Positions 59,802 to 64,000 of a stretch of 64,000 bases of DNA are shown here, in pieces (position 1 is the stretch's first letter; each line of letters opens with the position of its first letter). This stretch comes from Candidatus Nitrospinota bacterium M3_3B_026 (GTDB lineage: Bacteria; Nitrospinota_A; UBA7883; JBPRGF01), in the NCBI GenBank assembly GCA_051418015.1, contig JBPRGF010000023.1:192001-256000 (forward strand), read 5' to 3'. The notes below the pieces were generated by a model, which saw only the letters and a program-made list of their open reading frames with translations, was not told the DNA's origin and did not search any database. The position numbers and the translations under genes were made by a program.

Positions 59802-60035
59802 GTATCTGCCTCCCCGGGTTCCAGGCTTCTTGACATGATATCGTAAATGACTCTTGTTTTCATAGTATCCTGAGGCGCATTTAAAAAAGAAAAATCGCGT
59901 CCACTTGGCCATTTTGCATCTTTCCATTGCATCGCGGCGTGGAGGACGTCAAGCTGGGCCGCAAAATCGGGCGGTCTTCTGTTCCCCGAGGGGGCAAGGT
60001 GTGAGAAACTTGTAAAAAACAGGATTGGCCGCCCG

Positions 60036-62693
60036 ATGCCCGACTTGGAGATAATAACCACGCACCTGCACGCCGACTTCGACTGCGTCGCCTCCATGGT
60101 GGCGGCGCGCAAGCTCCATCCCGAAGCCGTGCTTGTCTTCCCCGGATCTCAGGAGAAGAACGTGCGCGATTATCTGGCCGAGGCGGATATCGTCCTCCAG
60201 TCCCGCAGACTCAAAGGTTTGGATTTCAAGGAGATCCGGAAGGTCATAGTGGTGGACGCCTCCACGCGGGAGCGGATAGGGCCCTTTTCGGAGCTTGTCG
60301 GCGGGGAGGGGGTGGAGTTCGAGCTTTACGACCATCATCCCACGGCCAAGATGGACATCCCGGCGAAAAAGGCGCTCATAAAAGAGCGCGGCGCCACCAT
60401 CACGATATTCACGGAGATATTCAGGGAGAAGGGGATAGAGATAACCCCCGCCGAGGCGACCCTTTTCGCTCTGGGGCTTTACGAGGACACGGGGGCGCTG
60501 ATGTTCACCTCCACCCGCCCGGAGGATTACGAGGCCGCGGCGTGGCTTTTGAAAAAGGGGGCGGACCTGAATGTCGTGTCGGACTACATCAAAAGGGAGC
60601 TCAACGCGGCGCAGATCGACCTTCTGAACAGCCTGCTCAAGAGCCTCGAGGTGAGACGCGTAAGAGGTGTTCCCGTGGCCGTCGCCACCGCCTCCAGGCC
60701 GCGCTACGTAGGGGACGTGGCAAACGTGGCGCACAAGATCATGGACGTGGAAAACCTCGATGTCCTCTTCGTCCTCGTGCGCATGGAGGATCGGACGAGC
60801 CTGGTGGCAAGAAGCAGGCTGGAGAGCGTGAACGCCGGACTGGTGGCCGAAAAGCTGGGGGGAGGAGGGCATCCCACCGCCGCCTCTGCCAACATAAAAA
60901 AACTCACCCTTCCCCAGACCATTGACAGGCTCTGGGAGGCGGTGAGCGAGGTGATAGAGCCTGCCCCCATGGCCAGGGACATGATGATAGAACAGGCGAT
61001 AACCATCCGCCCCGGCGCGTCCATGACGGAGGCGGAAAGGATGATGACCCGGTACGACATAAACGGGATGCCGGTGACAAGCGATGACAGGCCCGTGGGG
61101 CTCATCACCCGCCAGATAGTGGAGAAGGCCATACACCACGGCATGGCGGATAGCCCCGTGAGTGATTTCATGATAAGCGAGTTCGCGGCGGCGGCCCCCG
61201 ACACGCCTCTGCGAGAGCTGATGGACATCATCCTTGGCCGCAGGCAGAAGCTTATCCCCGTGGTGGACAGGGAGACCTCGAAGCTCGTCGGTCTGGTGAC
61301 CCGCGGGATGGCCCTGGGCAGGCTCTACGGCGACGCTTTGAAGACACAGCCTGCGCCGATGATCCACGACAGGGCGGCGGGCGGCCCTGGCGCAAGGAGC
61401 GTGGAAGGGATCATGCGCGACAGGCTGCCGGGGCGTATTTTAAGGCTTTTCAAGTTCATAGCGGAAGTCGCCGGCGAGAGCGGGTGCTCGGCCTATGTCG
61501 CCGGCGGGTTCGTGCGCGACCTGCTGCTGCGCATAGAGAACACCGACGTGGACATCGTGATAGAGGGCGACGGAATAGACTTCGCCAGGAAACTGGCCGA
61601 ACGGCTCAAGGGGAGAGTGAGAGCCCACGAGAAGTTCAAGACGGCGGTGGTCGTCCTGCCTGATGGGTTCAAGATCGACGTGGCCACGGCGAGGATAGAG
61701 TACTACGCCAGCCCCGGCGCGCTGCCCACGGTGGAGATGAGCGCCCTGCGGCACGACCTGTACCGGCGCGACTTCACCATCAACGCCATGGCCATAAGGC
61801 TCAACGGCCCCAGGCCGAACACGCTGGTCGACTTTTTCGGGGGCCAGGCGGACCTGAAGGACCACGTGATCCGCGTCCTGAGCAATTTAAGCTTCGTGGA
61901 GGACCCCACCAGGGCCTTCCGCGCCGTCAGGTTCGAGCGCCGCTACGGCTTCACCATGGGCAAGCAGACGCTCCAGCTGCTGAAGGCCGCGGTGAAAAAC
62001 CAGCTGTTCAACCGCCTGTCGGGAGCCCGCCTCTTAGGGGAGCTGAAGCTGATACTAAGCGAGCGGAGGCCCGCCGGGGCCCTCGCCAGGATGAAGGAGC
62101 TCGACCTGCTCAAGTTCATTCATCCCGCCCTGGATTTCGACGAGGACACGGCCGGGGTCATGGACCGTCTCGACGACCTTCTGGCCTGGGCGGCCCTGGC
62201 CTTTCCGGACTCGCCGCTCGAAAGCTGGATGGCCCGCTTCCTGGCCATGACCTCCAAGCTCGACAACGCGAAAATGACCGAGATGGCCGAAAAGTTCCCC
62301 ACGGAGAGAAAGACCATAAATGAGATGATGAGCCTGCGTAAACCCGTCCAGGACGCCCTGGGGAAGATTCAAAGGCGCCGCGACACCCCTCCCTCGTGGC
62401 TTTACAGGCAGCTCAGGCCCATCCGCGCCGAGGGGCTTCTTTTCATGGCCGCGAAGGCCGGGGACGAGCGCGTGACAGACGCCGTCACGGGCTACATGAC
62501 GAAACTGGAGAACACAAAGCCTCTCGTCACAGGCGACGATGTGCTGAGAATGGGCGTCCCCCCCTCCCCCGCCGTCAGGAAGATACTGGAGGAAACCTTC
62601 GCCGCCCAGCTCGACGGCCGGATATCCTCCAGGGAGGAGGCGTTATTGTTCGCCGAAGGGCTGGCGAAAAAGGAAAAGGCCGCAAAAGGCTAG
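60036..62693 (+). CDS. cca: tRNA nucleotidyltransferase with DHH/DHHA1 and CBS domains (probably A-adding)
   Basis: ADFD, DHH, GGGGHPTAASA, CBS pair, GGFVRDLL..DVD, DLYRRDFTINA, EDPTR. Confidence 0.88.
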   Translation: MPDLEIITTHLHADFDCVASMVAARKLHPEAVLVFPGSQEKNVRDYLAEADIVLQSRRLKGLDFKEIRKVIVVDASTRERIGPFSELVGGEGVEFELYDHHPTAKMDIPAKKALIKERGATITIFTEIFREKGIEITPAEATLFALGLYEDTGALMFTSTRPEDYEAAAWLLKKGADLNVVSDYIKRELNAAQIDLLNSLLKSLEVRRVRGVPVAVATASRPRYVGDVANVAHKIMDVENLDVLFVLVRMEDRTSLVARSRLESVNAGLVAEKLGGGGHPTAASANIKKLTLPQTIDRLWEAVSEVIEPAPMARDMMIEQAITIRPGASMTEAERMMTRYDINGMPVTSDDRPVGLITRQIVEKAIHHGMADSPVSDFMISEFAAAAPDTPLRELMDIILGRRQKLIPVVDRETSKLVGLVTRGMALGRLYGDALKTQPAPMIHDRAAGGPGARSVEGIMRDRLPGRILRLFKFIAEVAGESGCSAYVAGGFVRDLLLRIENTDVDIVIEGDGIDFARKLAERLKGRVRAHEKFKTAVVVLPDGFKIDVATARIEYYASPGALPTVEMSALRHDLYRRDFTINAMAIRLNGPRPNTLVDFFGGQADLKDHVIRVLSNLSFVEDPTRAFRAVRFERRYGFTMGKQTLQLLKAAVKNQLFNRLSGARLLGELKLILSERRPAGALARMKELDLLKFIHPALDFDEDTAGVMDRLDDLLAWAALAFPDSPLESWMARFLAMTSKLDNAKMTEMAEKFPTERKTINEMMSLRKPVQDALGKIQRRRDTPPSWLYRQLRPIRAEGLLFMAAKAGDERVTDAVTGYMTKLENTKPLVTGDDVLRMGVPPSPAVRKILEETFAAQLDGRISSREEALLFAEGLAKKEKAAKG

Positions 62694-63754
62694 GGCCGCT
62701 TTCCCGCCGCCTTGACCACCCTGGGCCGCGCCGGCGCTTCCTCTTCCGCGCCCAGCGCGGCGGCGTCCACGCAAGGGAGCCTTCGCAGGCCGTTTTCCTC
62801 GAAGATGCTCTCCTCGTAGCTCATCATGAGCAGCCCGTCCTTGAAATCGCCGATGGCCGGCTCCGGCGCCTCGCCCAGAACCTCCCGCAGTATGGTCGTG
62901 AAAAAGTCCGCCCCCGCCGCCACGGTCAGCTGGATGGCGCCGGAGAACCGGGGATTTATCTCGAAAAAGACCGCCTCGCCGTCCCGCATCTTGAGCTGCA
63001 GGTTTACGGGCCCCACAACGCCGAGCTTTTCGAGTATCGCCCTGCTCAGAGCGATAAGCTTCGGATCCCGCCGCGTCCTGCCCCTGTCGCAGACGCCGGA
63101 GCGGATGACGATCCTCTCGCGGGGGACGATCGACAATATCCTGCCGTCGAGCCCCGCCAGGGCGTCGATGGTGTACTCCACCCCTTCCAGGTAGCGCTGG
63201 ATCACCGGATCCTCGACGTAATCCATGAAAAAGCGCAGCTCCCTTTCATCGCGCACGGGGAAAGCCTTTATGGAGCCTCTGCCCGTCCTAGGCTTTATGA
63301 AAAGGGGATATTCGATACTGTCGAAGTTCACCTCCCCCGGAAGAGTTGTTTCGGCGAAAGGGAAATCGTTCTCCTCGAAAAACCTGGCCGTCAGGTACTT
63401 GTCGTTGCATATGATCCCGGTCCGCTCATCCGACACCAGGACCGTGACCCCGATGGCCTCGAAGCCGTCCTTGCTCCGCCCCAGGATGGGAAGCTCCTCA
63501 TCTATGGTGGGGACAACGAGCCTGATCCCCTCCCGCCTGCAGATCTCCATGATCGCGGGGATATAATCGGGCGAGCTTGACAGGGGGACTATGTGGCTTT
63601 TGTCGCAAAACCTCAGGCCGGGCGACAGTTCATCGGTGTCGCAGACCTGCACCTGCCCCCGCAGGCCCAGCCCCCGCAGCGCCCGCGCGAACCCCCGGAT
63701 CATGGCGACCCTGCGCGAGGCGGCCGTAATGAGTATGTTGAAACTGTCCGGCAT
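62690..63754 (-). CDS. ATP-grasp domain protein
   Basis: VPTIDEEL, CNDKY, FIKPRTGRGS, EYTID, EINPRFSG. Confidence 0.85.
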   Translation of the reverse strand: MPDSFNILITAASRRVAMIRGFARALRGLGLRGQVQVCDTDELSPGLRFCDKSHIVPLSSSPDYIPAIMEICRREGIRLVVPTIDEELPILGRSKDGFEAIGVTVLVSDERTGIICNDKYLTARFFEENDFPFAETTLPGEVNFDSIEYPLFIKPRTGRGSIKAFPVRDERELRFFMDYVEDPVIQRYLEGVEYTIDALAGLDGRILSIVPRERIVIRSGVCDRGRTRRDPKLIALSRAILEKLGVVGPVNLQLKMRDGEAVFFEINPRFSGAIQLTVAAGADFFTTILREVLGEAPEPAIGDFKDGLLMMSYEESIFEENGLRRLPCVDAAALGAEEEAPARPRVVKAAGKRP

Positions 63755-64000
63755 CTGTCGTTACCTAGCGTTCAGTCCCCTGATTAGCTGAAAAACCCGG
63801 AAAAGCGTACCGAAGCGCAAACGGCCGAGTAAAGACTCGCCCGGGCGAAGCGAGCCCGGCAGGCGTATAAAAATACCCGCCCGCGCCGGGAAGCTCCAAA
63901 ATTTTCGGCGCTTAACAACCGTTTTGGCGCCTCCCGTGTATAATATTAGATATCGACATATACAGGCAATTACTTTATGAGCCGCGCGGCGGGCGAAACA

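Noticed and set aside
63937..64000. TATAAT followed by an ATG at 63977
   Set aside because: Too close to the window edge to support a gene call

Overview
GC-rich bacterial chromosomal segment. FtsH, PutA-like and DHH/CBS-containing tRNA nucleotidyltransferase sequences look deltaproteobacterial/Nitrospinota-like; this is inference only. I see no rRNA, tRNA, CRISPR array, transposase or prophage. Housekeeping genes (putA-like 3' end, aroA, surE, ftsH, folD, xseAB, ispA, radA, glgP, rng, rnr, aroF, dinG-like, cca-like) flank a roughly 17-kb anaerobic-respiration block at 11.7-28.5 kb. It has three parts. (1) A group 3b-type [NiFe] hydrogenase operon with an internal cNMP-binding gene. (2) A convergent minus-strand operon for a heme-copper enzyme whose active-site Tyr is replaced by Gln (eNOR-type NO reductase). 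This operon also encodes a CuA subunit II, two small membrane subunits (one 42-aa gene absent from the ORF track), an SCO chaperone, a cytochrome b + 2x[4Fe-4S] + MvhD-like fusion with no Rieske partner, and a coupled membrane-anchored partner protein. (3) A divergent nirS-nirN-nirJ-nirF cluster. The two divergent operons share mirror-image promoters, TATGACTTTWATCATA-N21-TATAAA. Other notable items are a Cyc2-like cytochrome-porin candidate (49070-50014), a FecR/outer-membrane barrel/CHASE2 cyclase module, large glycosyltransferase fusions and REP-like palindromic repeats. The best candidate for an undescribed system is the eNOR operon with its cytochrome b-FeS-MvhD module.
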